64,000 nt of DNA from Chiloscyllium plagiosum (taxonomy: Eukaryota), in NCBI RefSeq assembly GCF_004010195.1, contig NC_057754.1, positions 7,467,428-7,531,427 of the forward strand. Reading direction: 5' to 3'. Made by a program: the position numbers and the translations under genes. Under the pieces are notes generated by a model. The model made no database searches, was not told where the DNA came from, and was given only the letters and a program-made list of their open reading frames with translations. Of the stretch, positions 26,000 through 38,869 are shown piece by piece. Positions within the stretch are counted from its first letter, which is position 1. The number at the start of each line of letters is the position of its first letter.

Positions 26000-28102
26000 G
26001 GCCAGGACTTGCTCGAGGAGGAGTTTATCGAAGATATCCGCAATAGTTTTCTTGAACAGTATGTAATGGAACTGACGAGGGAGCAGCCATCATAGATCTG
26101 GTCCTGTAATGAGGCTGGAGTAATTTAATGATGTCATAGTTAGGGATCCTCTTCGAAGGAGAGGTTGAATTTAGAATAGAGTGTGAAGATAGAATCCAAT
26201 ACCAGGGTCCTGTGCTTAAACAAAGATTACAGTAGGGTGAGGGAGGAGTTAGCTAAAGTAGGCTGAAAGCAAAGACTTCATGGTGGGACAATTGACTAAC
26301 AGTGGAGGACTGTCAAAGCAGCAAAAGTATATACCTGTGAAAAGGAAGGACTGAAGGAAAAGGGGTAATCTGCCATGGGTGTCCAAGGAAATAAGGGAGG
26401 CTATCACATTGAAAGAAAAGGCATACAAAGTGGCCAAGATCTCCCGGAAATTACAAGATTGGGAAAGATTTAAAGGTCAACAGAAAGCCACAAAAAAAGC
26501 TGTAAAGAAAAGTAAGATACATTATGAGAATAAACTAGCTCAGAATATACAGACAGATAGCAAATATTTATAAAAATATATAAAATGAAAGAGCAGCTAA
26601 GTAAATATTGGTCCTTTTAGAGGATAAGAAGGGGGATTTAGTAATGGGATATTACTAATAGGCTAGGGCACTGAACAGGTATTTGTGTTGGTCCTCACAG
26701 TGGAAGACCAGTCTCCTGGCCCTGATGAAATGCATTTAGGGTACTAAAAGAGATGGTGAAAGAAATAGCAAATACACTTATACTCTCCCAAAATTCACTG
26801 GATCCTGGGGCAGTTTCAACAAATTGAAAAACAGCAAATATGATGCCACTGTTTTTAAAAGAAAGAAAATAGAAAAAAGATGAATTGTAGACTGGTTAAC
26901 TTAGCTTCTGTAGTGGGGAAATGCTTGAGTCTATTATCAAGAAAGAAATAGCAAGGCATCTAGTTAAAAATTGTCCCATTGGGCAGATGCAGCATGAGTT
27001 CATGAAGGGCAGATCATGCTTAACCAATCTACTAGAATTCTATGAAGACATTACAAGCATGGTGGACAACGGGGACCCAGTAGATGTGGTGTATCTAGAT
27101 TTCCAAAAGGCATTTGACAAGGTGCTACACAAAAGGCTGCCGCATAAGATTAAGATGCATGGTATTATGGGCAATGTATTAGCATGGATAGAGGATTGGT
27201 TAACAAATGGAAAGCAAAGAGTGGGGATAAGTGAGTGTTTTTCTGGTTGACAGTCAGTGACTAGAGACATAGTTTAAGTGAATGGGCAAAGGTCTTGCAG
27301 ATGGACTACAATGTTAATAAATGTGAAGTCATCCATTTCGGTAGGAATAATAGTAAAAAGGATGATTACTTGGATGGTTAAAAAAAAGTTGCAGCATGCT
27401 GCTGTGCAGAGAGACCTGGGTGTCCTTGTGCATGAATCACAGAAGGTTGGTCTGAGGGTGCAATGAGTAATTTAAGAAGGCAAATGGAATTTCGTCCTTC
27501 ATTGCTAAAGGGATTGAATTTAAGAGTAGGGAGGTTATGTTGCAGCTGTACAAGGTGCACACCTGGAGTACTGCGTGCAGCTTTGATCACCTTACTTGAT
27601 AAAGGATGTACTAGCACCAGAAGGAGTCCAGAGGATGTTCACTAGGTTGATTCTGGGGTTGAGAGGGTTGGCTTAAGAGGGGAGTTGAGTTATATTCATT
27701 GGAATTTAGAAGAATGGGAGGGATCTTTCAGAAACATAAAATAATGAAGGGAATAGATAGTACAGAAGTAGAGATGATGTTTCCACTGGTGGGTAAAGCT
27801 AGGTCAAGAGGGCATAGCCTCAAAATTAGGGGAAGCAGATTTAGGATTGAATTGAAAAGAACTTCACCCAGAGGTTTGTAAATCTATTGAATTCCTTGCC
27901 CAGTGAAGTATTTGAGGCTTCCTCAATCAATGTTTTTAAAGCTAAAATAATTTTTTGGACTGTAATGGAATTAAGGGTTACAGTGAGAGGGTGGGTAAGT
28001 GGAGCTGAGGCCATGATAAGATCAGCCATGATCTTATTGAATGGCAGAGCAGGCTGGAGGAACTGGATGGCCTACTCCTCCTCCTACTCCTAGTTCTTAT
28101 GT
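26000..28102 (+). mobile_element. CR1 LINE relic with internal deletions
   Basis: QHEFMKGRSCLTNLLEFYED, VDVVYLDFQKAFDKV and RDLGVLVH motifs. Confidence 0.9.
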
Positions 28103-28480
28103 GTGCTTCTCTTCAGTTCTCTGGCTTGCATGAGGCACAGAACTACTAGCTCATATTGTATAAAATCTGTGAAGTATTAGTTAAAAGCAACTGTTTGCAG
28201 CACTTGGTGAGGAAAATAATCTGGCCTCCCTTCAGGTGTTTTGGTTTTCTTTACTGGAGGAATAAGGATCCTTCTAGAGGTCTAAATATGTCTGATCATG
28301 ATATTCACACCCACAAAAACTGTTCAACCCTGGAAACAATCACGTAAATGTGGTGGGCAGATCGCCTTTGTCATAGACTAATCAGCTACCTGTTGCTGGC
28401 CAAATCTCATCCTGTTCACAATTCCTGGTGCTAGCTTGTCTGCAACTAAACGTCTCTCCACTGGATGAACAAACAACACT

Positions 28481-28772
28481 GTAAGACCATAAGACATAGG
28501 AGTGGAAGTAAGACAGTTCGGCCCATCGAGTCCATTCCGCCATTTAATCATGGTTGACGGGCATTTCAATTCCACCTACCCGCACTCTTCCTGTAACTCT
28601 TAAATTCTTGATCTCGCAAGGAATAATCAATTTCTGCCTTGAAGCCATTTAATGTCCTGGCCGCCACTGTGCTCCATGGCAATGAATACCACAGGCCCAC
28701 CAGTCTCTGGCTGAAGAAATATCTCCTCATTTCCGTTCTAAATTGACTCCCTCCAATTCTAAGGCTGTGCCC
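28481..28772 (-). mobile_element. CR1 3' end
   Basis: taagaccataagacataggag tail and CR1 3' UTR on the minus strand. Confidence 0.75.
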
Positions 28773-29049
28773 TCACTAACAGGTCTTGCAGATGGACTAC
28801 AATGTTAATAAATGTGAAGTCTAACAGGAGGCTTACCATTTGTTTAGACATGTGTAGAGTTATTTAATTAAGGTCCAGTGTTTAGAACAGTTTAACGAGA
28901 GAAGTGCACAACATAGGCTACACAGCAAGTATTGTTAATAAGACAGGCAGCAAAGCGACATTTGTAGTTTAACCATTGCATCCACTTGAAGTTTGAACTG
29001 AAAGCTCTAGGACACAGACTCTCATTGAAATCTTTCCTTCTCATCTTAG

Positions 29050-29134
29050 AACTGGGAGCTTGGATACCGTGTTGACTCACGACTGACCCCACGAGAGGAC
29101 TTTCATGCGAACGCTCCAGACCTGTACATTCCAA
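29050..29134 (+). CDS. YIF1A: YIF1A coding exon 4 (not in the ORF track)
   Basis: tcttag|AAC...CCA A|gtgagt; NWELGYRVDSRLTPREDFHANAPDLYIP contains the APDLYIP hallmark. Confidence 0.95.
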
Positions 29135-30491
29135 GTGAGTGTGTAACGTGGTGTTTCTGGTTCGAGTCTGGGATGGTAATATTCACCTTTTTATAGAATG
29201 CCTGTATCGATCACTGCTTCCCAAATAACTCAACAACCAATAAACACTTTGCAAGTATTGCAACGTAGGAAAAATGACAAGCATTCTGCATACTGCAAAT
29301 TCTGACCCAATGTGGTAATGACTAATGAGGGCAAAATACTGGCTGGGTCACTGGAAGAGCTCCTCTACTCTTTTTTTTGTTCCTTGGGATATGAAAGTGC
29401 AGACGAGACATCAACTCAAGTGTGACCCTTCCAACAGTGCAGCGCTCCCTTGGTACTCCAGTGGATTCTCAGCCTTCTCAAGGGTGACTAATGATGGTCA
29501 ATAAATGCTGGCCCAGGCAGCCAAGCCCTTATCCCCTGAATGAACTTTAAGAAAATATATATACCAAGGTCACTAGTGGTGAGACTGAAAACCAGATCAG
29601 CCATCACAACATCATTACCTATTATGGCCACTGTTTGATTCTATAGGGTATGTTGTTCTACAATGCATCTCCCAACTGTTTGCATTATTTATTGAAAGGA
29701 AATTTTCTAAAACTGTGTGGGTAACGTAAAGGTCAATTTTCAAGTATAATGTATATCGACCATACATGAAGGTCTAGGACAGTTAGAACAGATTTCCAGT
29801 TGGTCACAAATTCTGCTAAATCTAGTGCTGGTACATTATTAGTACTAGAGTGTTAAGGCTGCAATTGTTACTCCAGTTCAACAGAAACACAATTTATTTT
29901 AAAATGGCAGCTTGGGTTGTAGTTCCCTGCTGCCCTTTTTTTTTGTTTGATTGTGGACCAGTAGTGTGGCATTTAACATGGTTCAGGATATGGTGTTCTT
30001 AATCCACAACTCAGTCCAGCTGCCACAGTGTGTAAATAACCCCTCTTCTGGTAGGGTGGACGTGTGTTCCCCTAATCCAATCCCCCTGGTAGTGGGTTTG
30101 ACTTGTACGTCAGTGTCCACAGTGAACAACTTGTGCTACGTGATCCAACTCTACAGCGTTGGGCTGTCCAGAGTATTTGACAGAATTATTCTCTTGAGCA
30201 TCCCCCAATTTCTGTAACTCCAATATTGGTGGCTGTGTCTTGCTACCTGGCCCACAAGCTCTGGAATTCCCTGCCTGAACCCCTCTCTGTCTCCTTTCCT
30301 TCTCAAAGACATTCTTTATAAGCTATCTCGTCAACCAAACCTTTGGGCTTCATCCTGAATATCTCTTTGCGTAGTTCTATGCCATACTGTGTTTTGTGTG
30401 CAGCACTTTGGGATGTTGTATGTTAAAAGCGCTGTAGTGATGAAGAATTATTGTTCCAGAGCTGACTGCTGTCTTTGGTTTTCTGTTTCAG

Positions 30492-30549
30492 CTATGGCTT
30501 TTATTACATACATCCTGTTGGCTGGGGTGGCACTGGGCATCCAACAGAG
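30492..30549 (+). CDS. YIF1A: YIF1A coding exon 5
   Basis: tttcag|CT ATG...AG|gtcagt; (T)MAFITYILLAGVALGIQQ(R), the first TM segment. Confidence 0.96.
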
Positions 30550-31169
30550 GTCAGTATTTCACTGCCATCTGGGGTAGTGTTACAAAAGCATTTTAGCAGA
30601 GAAGTGGGAAATCTTCACTAAAGTAACCAAAGTTGAAGTGAAGTTTCAAAACTAAACAGCTTCAAATGAATCAGATTTTCCCATTAAAACAAATATATAA
30701 AAGCTATAGTTTTTTTCTTATCAGGAAAAATAAGTTAAAACATTATGTCCTGCAGTGTGAAAGTTTTATATTGCTAAATCACTATGTTGGTAAATTAAAT
30801 ATATTTCAAAATGTGTTTTAAAGTTTAAAAGAACTATAGTAACCTCCAGCTCACCACATAACCGTCCCCGTCCCTCCTGATTGCTACAAAGACTTCCTCT
30901 CTCAAACCCTCTGGTTTGTAGTCTCTCCTGCTCCCTAACCCACCTTGTTGCTGAACCTTCAGTTTCCTCACGCTCCTATTTGGTGTTTCTCTCTTCACTC
31001 CCATGAGTGACAAGATAGCAGGAGTGGGGAGGAAGAGGGTTGGTCTGATGGTCACTGAGGCTTTCTTCAGACTGGTAGAAATGACTCAAATGAAACTTGA
31101 GGCACTAAACAAGAATACAGGCCTATGAGCTGATCAGCATTGAAGCAAAGTGATATTTAATGAGGGAAA

Positions 31170-32850
31170 TTCTAAACAAAAACATGCTGTAAAAGTAAAA
31201 CTGAAAATGCTGAAAACATTCAGCAGGTTCAGTTCCATCTGCAAAGAGAGAAGAATAGTACTGGTGTTCCAGATTGATAGCTCTTCGCCCAAAGGGGAAA
31301 ATGTTGACAATCTAGCAGGTTTAACTGAGCACAGAGACATGGCAGGGGTCGGGAGAGGAGGGAAGGAAAAAAGGAGGGATGTGTGTGATCAACTAGAAAG
31401 GGCGGAAACCATGTGATAAAACGTAAAGGGTGCTGTTGATAGGACAGTAGAAGAAAGTGGTGGATCTCGAGGAGCTGTGAATAATGATGGCAGAAACCCT
31501 TTAGCCCATCATGTGTGTGCTGACCATGATGCCATTCCAACCTTATCCCATCTGCCTGCATATGGTTCATATTCTTAAATTATCTGTGTGTTCATGTGTC
31601 TGTCTAAAAGCTTGTTAAACATATCTGCTACCAACACCCCTGGCAGCATATTCAAGGCACCTACCACCCTCTGTATTTTTTTAAAAAAACCTTGCCTAGC
31701 ATATGCCCCTCTCTCCTTAAACCTGTGTCCCCCTAATATTTGACATTTCCAATCGGGAAAAAGATTCCAACTATCCATCTTATCCATGCACCTCATAATT
31801 TTATATACTGTTGTCAGGTCACCCCTTGGTCTCTGACACCCAAATAAAAGCAATCTATGTTTGCCCAACCTTTTATTATAGACAGTACCCTCCAATCCAG
31901 GCAACATTCTCATAAACCTCGTTTGCACCCTCTCTACATCCATCCTATTGTGTGGAGAAAGTGAGGATTGCGGATGCTGGAGATCAGAGTAGAGTGTGGG
32001 GTGCTAGAAAAACACAACAGGAAGGGCAGCATCCGAGGAGCAGGACAATTGATGTTTCAGTCATCCAGCGTACCCTATACCTACAGCAATGCTTTTCGCC
32101 CATCCCTGGACTCTCATTATCTCATTTTTGAAGCCCCCCTTCAACCGTCCCTTTACCTGCATATAACCTCCCCCAAACAATGTTTTGAAAGTTCTTGCTT
32201 AATGCTGTCAAATTTGGCCTACCTCCAATTTAGAACTTTAACTTGTAGATCGGTGGTGGGGGGGAAGCTATAGTACAATCCCAGTAAGGTGATAATCCCT
32301 TTTCTATTTCTGAGTTCCACCCATATGACCTTACTGGGTGATTTCCCAGGAATATCCTTCCTAATGTTATCCTTAAATGAAAATGCCACTGTAAGAGGCA
32401 TGATCAGATCCGAATGGAGAATTGACATGGCAAGCGGGCAGATGTTTGACAGACAAGTGATTGAATGGCGATATTGTGCAAACACATTGTCCAATCTGCA
32501 TTTCACCTCTTCACTACAGAGGGAGCTGCATCACAAACTCTGAGTGCATTGTACTAAATTAGAAGTACCAGTAAATCGTTGATTTGCTTTGCAGGAGTGC
32601 TTTTTGCCCAGCAGTGCAAAGGGAGAAGGTGGAAGGGCAGGCATGTATCTTCTGCAATTGCACAGGAAGGTACCATGAGACGGAAAGCAGGGTTTGGGAT
32701 GAAAGAGGAGTGAATTAGTATGTTGTGAAGTGAACAGACCCATTGTGACATTGAATATAGAGTGAAGGAAAGATAGATATGGTCAGTAGTGGTATCATAC
32801 TGCAGGTGGTAAAGTATCAGTGGATTATTCACTTATTCTGGAGGCTGCTG
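31170..32850 (-). mobile_element. Old Penelope-like element interrupted by CR1 fragments (about 31490-31945 and 32070-32390) and a short element (about 31955-32060)
   Basis: GTFLCNCRR...NQRFTGTSNLVQC (GIY-YIG-like) at 32531-32743; terminal-repeat sequence at 31170-31290; CR1 motifs in between. Confidence 0.6.
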
Positions 32851-32889
32851 GGGTAAAACATGAAGAGGACAAGAAGTCCATTTTGAGGA

Positions 32890-33825
32890 TTATATAAATG
32901 ATTTGGATGTCAGCAGAAGAGGTATAGTTAGTAAGTTTGCATTGGAGGTGTAGTGGACAGTGAAGAAGGTTACAACAGGATCTTGATCAGATGGGCCAAT
33001 GGGCTGAGAAGTGGCAGATGGAGTTTAATTCAGATAAATGTGAGGTGCTGCATTTTGAGAAAACAAATCTTAGCAGGACTTGTACACTTAATGGTAAGGT
33101 CCTAGGGAGTGTTGCTGAACAAAGACTTTGGAGTGCAGGTTCATAGCTCCTTGAAAGTGGAGAGGTAGGTAGATTGGATAGTGAAGAAGGCGTTTGGTAT
33201 ACTTTCCTTGATTGGTCAGCATTGAGTACAGGAGTTGGGAGGTCATGTTGCGGCTGTACAGGACATTGGTTAGGCAACTGTTGTAATATTGCGTGCAATT
33301 CTGGTCTCCTTCCTATTGGAAGGATGTTGTGAAACTTGAAATGGTTCAGAAAAGATTAACAAGGATGTTGCCAGGATTGGAGGATTTGAGCTATAGGGAG
33401 AGGCTGAACTGGCTGGGGCTTTTTTCCCTGGAGCGTTGGAGGCTGAGGGGTGACCTTATAGAGAATTTACAAAATTGAGGGTCATGGATTGGATAAATAG
33501 ACAAAGTCTTTTCCCTGGGGTCGGGAATTCCAGAACTAGAGGGCATAAGGTTGAGGGTGAGAGGGGAAAGATGTAAAAGGGATCTAAGGGTGAACTTTTT
33601 CACCCAGAAGGTGGTACATGTATGAAATGAGCTGCCAGAGGAAGTGGTGGAGGCTGGTACAATTGCAACATTTAAGAGGCATTTGGATGGGTATATGAAT
33701 AGGAAGGGTTTGGAGGGATATGGGCCGAGTGCTGGCAAGTGGGACTAGATTGGGTTGAGATATCTGGTCGGCATGGACGGGTTGGACCGAAGGGTCTGTT
33801 TCCATGCTGTACTGTTCTATAACTC
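32890..33825 (+). mobile_element. 5'-truncated CR1 LINE
   Basis: [16 protein letters not shown] and [10 protein letters not shown] motifs. Confidence 0.88.
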
Positions 33826-34899
33826 AATGTGGGAGTGTGGTAGGGACTGCAGGAGGGCCTGAAGTGTGTGAAATGGAATGGGCGTGTTGTCAAAGGCAGT
33901 ACTGATGGGATGGGAGTCCTTGGTTGAAGTTTGAGATAAAAACATGAGATGTTGTTAGGCAATATTGAATCAACAGAACAAACCAGATGGGGAATGTATT
34001 TCCCACCAGAACCCCAATGGGAGGAAATATAATCAAGGTTATTGTGAGGAGGGACTGGGTTGATAGATGTTGGTGCACAGCAGCATTCCCTGTAATATTT
34101 CTTGCTGCTGCCTGGACCTCTGAGGTCTATGTGGGGCAGCAACCTCTGGAAGCAGCAACATGCATTGGCACACCAGCTTGGAGGGAGTGTTAATACACGG
34201 CCTATCTCCAGACATGGTGATAGAGAGGTTGAAGAAGGGAAACACCAGCGATAATGTTTTCTAGTTTGAACCAGCAAGAAGCAGTACAGATATAGTCAGT
34301 GGGATCTGTCCTGGGGTATGCCTGTATTTATGCAGGTTCCAAAAAGCTCCATGGTAGAAAAGGTACAGCTAACATCCACATTGAATCCAGCTGCTGCAGG
34401 ATAGTTGTCTGTAAAGGTTAGTGTGAGAAAGCTGTTGGGAGCAGAGGGTGGCACACATAGGGAAAAGGCTACGCAAGGAGAAGAGAATTGCGTTTGTTGT
34501 AGGAAGTTAGTTCGTTCCATGGCAGAGGGGAAAGAACTGGCTGCTGTGTGCCAGTGGATGGTAGTGTTACACTTGATTTGAGGGCATTGTGTAGCATTGC
34601 ACTGTCAGGGGAGTTGGAGAAGTGGATGTAAAATTGCAGAAACTGCAGCTGTGTGCAAAACACTGATTTTATCTTAACAATGCAACCAGGGTAATGCGTT
34701 TGAAAATTTTAATTTTTAAGCTAAATGTTACTGGCCAGGACAATTCCTTCAACTCTATGACTGTATCCTTTTCACAGATGTGGTCCATCTTTCTCACCCA
34801 AGCTGTCCATTGCCTGTCTCCTTAGAAAAATATTCAGTGGTATCTATCAACCCATTGGTTTCCAATTTATTCTGCCTCACTCTTTGGCTGTGTTGCAAA

Positions 34900-35790
34900 C
34901 ATAGAAAATAGAAGCAGGAGTAGGCCATTCGGCCCATTGATATTACTCCACCATTCAATACAATCATGGCTAAACTCTGTTGCAACACCTTGCTGTCTCT
35001 GGTTGTCCTCTGATACCTTTGGCTTCTATAAATTTCTTAAGTATATTCAGTGACATTGCCTCAACAGCCTTCTGTGGTAGGTAATTCCCCAGATTTGTAC
35101 CCTCTGAGTGAAGAAATGTCTCTTCACCTGAGTCTGAAATGGCCCACCATGTGTCCTGAGATTGTGATCTCTTTCTCTGACACCTCTCCCCCGCTCACAA
35201 CCTCTGACCCCCACCACCACCACCCCCAAGGGAACATCATCCCTCTATTCAGTCTCTCAGGATTTTATACGTTTCAGTGAGTTTCCCCACGCATTCTTTT
35301 AAACTCTAATGAATATAGGTTCAGTCAACCCAATCTCTCTCCAAATGGGAAACCTGCCATAAAGGAATTGGACTGATGAGCCTTCACTGCCCTCCTTCTA
35401 AGGTAACGATATATTTTCTTGGATATGTAGATGAAAGCTTCACACAATTGGACACGCACAGCCTATGTCCAGCTATACTAAGGTTTCCTTGCTCCCATAC
35501 TACAAATCTTCTTTGTAATGACCAACATATCATTTGCCTTCCTAATTACTTGGTACACCTGTGTGTTTGCTTTCAGTAACTGGTGTAAAAGAAGCCTAGG
35601 TTCCTTTTGTATGTCAATATTTCCCAATATATCAGCATTTAAACAGTATTCTGGCATTTTGTCTTTGTTTTTCTTGTCTGAATGAGCAGCTTCACATTTA
35701 TCCATGTAGTGCTTCAGCTTCCATGTACACCCAACTTATCCAAATTGTGCTGAAGCCTCTTTACATCCTCTACACTACACTTACTCCCAC
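34900..35790 (-). mobile_element. Old CR1 relic
   Basis: catagaaaatagaagcaggag tail; KRHFFTQRV on the minus strand. Confidence 0.7.
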
Positions 35791-36039
35791 CTAGTTCTTC
35801 TTACTATTTAGTGGTTTCTGTTAAACATTTATATGGGCTTATTACAGAAACCCACGGCCACAAATGGTGTTTGGATCTGTGGCAATTGTGTACGATAGGA
35901 GTTACAGAGAAAGGATTTGATTCATTGGGTGAATGGGATAGGGCTTGGGTCTGTTGTGTTCGTGCACAATGGGGTTGAATGTCATATTTTGTAGTGATGT
36001 GTTTTTCTGGTAATAAGACTCTGTGTATTTGTGTTTCAG

Positions 36040-36195
36040 GTTTTCTCCTGAGGTGCTGGGAATGTGTGCCAGTACTGCTCTGGTATGGATCATTATTGAA
36101 GTTTTAGCCCTTGTCCTCACACTGTACTTGATATCAGTACATACAGACCTCACTACGTTTGATCTTATTGCCTACAGTGGATATAAGTATGTGGG
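36040..36195 (+). CDS. YIF1A: YIF1A coding exon 6 (not in the ORF track on +)
   Basis: tttcag|G TTT...GTG GG|gtaagt; [24 protein letters not shown]...[20 protein letters not shown]1A-type rather than YIF1B-type residues. Confidence 0.97.
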
Positions 36196-36349
36196 GTAAG
36201 TGCTGGCGAGGGCCTGTTCCATTGTGTTATTGTACACATTGCGATGCTGGACCATTATAATGGGGTCAGTGTAATAGCATCTTGTAAGGTGAGGTATAAT
36301 GAGGGAAATCATGCCTGGCATATTTTGAGTAGGTAACAAATAGAAGGAA

Positions 36350-37515
36350 AGAAGTGAGTTTAATATATTTGGATTTGAGAAGGCACCACACATTAGGCTA
36401 CTTAGAGATTTGAGCCCACGGTGGTGGAGACAATATTAGTATGGGTAGAAGGTTCGCTAACTAATTAAACAGCATATATTGGGGTCATTTTCAGCATGGT
36501 GACCAGTGGCATACAGGGATCAGTTCTGGTGCCACCATTCATTATAATATATTCTAATGACATGGTGAGGAAGGTGAATGCATTGTCACCAACTTTGCAG
36601 ATGACACAAAAATAGGTACAAAAAGGAAGTACTGAGGATGACACCCATACAGTCTGTTGGGGGAGGTGGACAGAGTAAGTCAGTGAACAAAAACTTGCCA
36701 GACTAAATGTAATGTGGGAAAGTTTGAGGTGACAGGAAGTAAAAAAAAAAAAGGAGCTGAGTATTATTCAGATGGAGAAAGACTGCAGAAAGCCATAGCA
36801 CAGCAGCACTTTGGAGCCATCATTCATATATCACAAAAAGCTAGCATCCAGGTTCAGTGGGAAACATAAAAAGCAAATGGAATGTTGGCTTCTATTTCAA
36901 AGGGAATGGAGGATAGTAACAAGGAAGCCTTGCTAAAATTATACATGACACTAGTTAGACCACATTTGGATTACCGTAATCAATGTTGGGCAGTTATCTA
37001 AAGAAGGATACACTGGCATTAGGTGTAGTCTAAGGTTCAGTAGGTTGATCCCAGGTATGGAAGGATTATCTTGTGAGGAGAGATTGATTAGGTTGGGCCT
37101 GTATTCATTGGTGTTTAGAAGATTTGAGAGGCAACCATATTGAAAAGTACAAGACTCTTAGGGGGTTTGTCAGAGTAGATATGGAGAGATTCTTTCCCTT
37201 TGTGGGACAATCCATATCTAGATGGCATTATCTCACAAAAGAAGTCATCCAGTTAGAGGAGAAATGGAGGAATTTCTTATTTTGAGGCTTATGAAACTGA
37301 AATTCTTTACTACAGAAAGCAGGCAAGGATGGGTTGTTACGTATATTCAAGACTGAGCTAGATTTTTAATCAATGAAAGAATTGAGGGTGGGGGGGGGGG
37401 GGGAGGCAAGAGTGTGCATTTGAGGTTAATCCTATCAACAATGATCTCATTGAATGCTAGAGCAGACTTGATGAGCTGCGTGGCCTATTTCTGCATACAC
37501 GTCTTTATAGTCTTG
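36350..37515 (+). mobile_element. Old CR1 relic
   Basis: cagggatcagttctgg (QGSVL), tttgcagatgacacaaaaatagg (FADDTK) and a CR1 3' UTR. Confidence 0.75.
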
Positions 37516-38584
37516 TAGGCTGCCAAGGAGTATAATATCACTTTACAAGTATACTCTAGGATGGTATAATGTCACAATAATTGGTGCACCCAATGATCTT
37601 CAAGAGTGTGTTCATAGAGGGAAATGTTACATGCTGCTGCTGCTGGGTCACTGCTGCGGCCATCACCACAGCAATGAAGAAGCACCTCTCTCACTTGCAC
37701 TTGGCCACCTCAGCTCCCTTCAATAAAAGATAACAGCATCCACAGATTCAAACCTTCGCACTTTCAAGTGGGATCAACACAGAGATAGCACATCAGTCTG
37801 AGACCGTAGTGAATGTGTAATTGCAGTTCTTGTGTCAACCCACAGCAGGCAATGAACACTTGGCCCAGAGCAGTGTATGAGAACGAGACGCAAATATGGT
37901 TTGTAATCTAATCATGAGAGCAAAGCTCGAGTAATTTATTGCCATAATCTGCAGATTCGGGTGCAGCCTTGAATCTCGTGTTTCCTCAAACAAACTGTTT
38001 CAACAAATATCTTGGTTCTGTGTCATGTATCTGGAGGTTGGCTAGATTTTCCATTGGATTCTCAGTGGATTTTCCAAAAACCTGAGTGGTAAAACTACCA
38101 CATGCCAAGGTGTAGAGACTGAAGGATTGGGATAGAGGAAGATTCTGGGTCAAAGGCATGCTCCAGTTGTAAGGTGTAAGAGATGATGAAGAGATGCCAC
38201 GTAGTAACCATCTCTGTAGGAAATACCCTGTATTTAGAAGCTGTCCCACGTTCCCCAGGGTGATGACACTAAGTGCCACCATGAGAGAGGAAGAGAAATT
38301 ACGGATTTTTGAAGAGGAGTAATATGGATTGTGAGCAGATCAGAGTGGACAGATCCAACCAAGGAGCTATTGCCAGCACTGACAATGGGCTAAATGTAAC
38401 TTGTACAATTGTACTGTGGAAGCAGGAATACAGAACCCTTTTATGTGCTACAAAGGCCCAAGTTCAACTACCAGCTGCTGTAACCTGGTGAGTTGTAATT
38501 GGATAAAGAATAAGTTTGTGTGACTCCGTGTTGCCCCTGAGGTCTCTTTCCCAGTGATTTCTCTTTATTGGGATACCAGTACAG

Positions 38585-38640
38585 GATGATAATCACAATT
38601 CTAGCCAGCTTGGACGTCCTGTTCCATCGTGTTCTTCCTA
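38585..38640 (+). pseudogene. Degenerate duplicate of YIF1A exon 7 (pseudo-exon), part of a duplication 38582-38804 of 39463-39706
   Basis: cag|GATGATAATCACAATTCTAGCC...TTCTTCCTA|gtaagtgactcc matches exon 7 with a 38-nt internal deletion; about 150 nt of downstream intron is also duplicated. Confidence 0.9.
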
Positions 38641-38869
38641 GTAAGTGACTCCTTCGTGCTCTCTCGCCTCAGGAAATAGAAAAAAAATTCATAGTTCCTT
38701 TTTGTTTTTATTATTGTTATCATGAGGGGACCCATCCTCCCTGTCCCCTCATGATAACAATAATGAAATGGCTAACTAATCATAGAAATGAAATGTTCTT
38801 CAATGCTGTGTAGTTAAGTGAAGATTGTATTACAAAGGTGCCAAATATCCTCTACTTTGCAGGATATTG

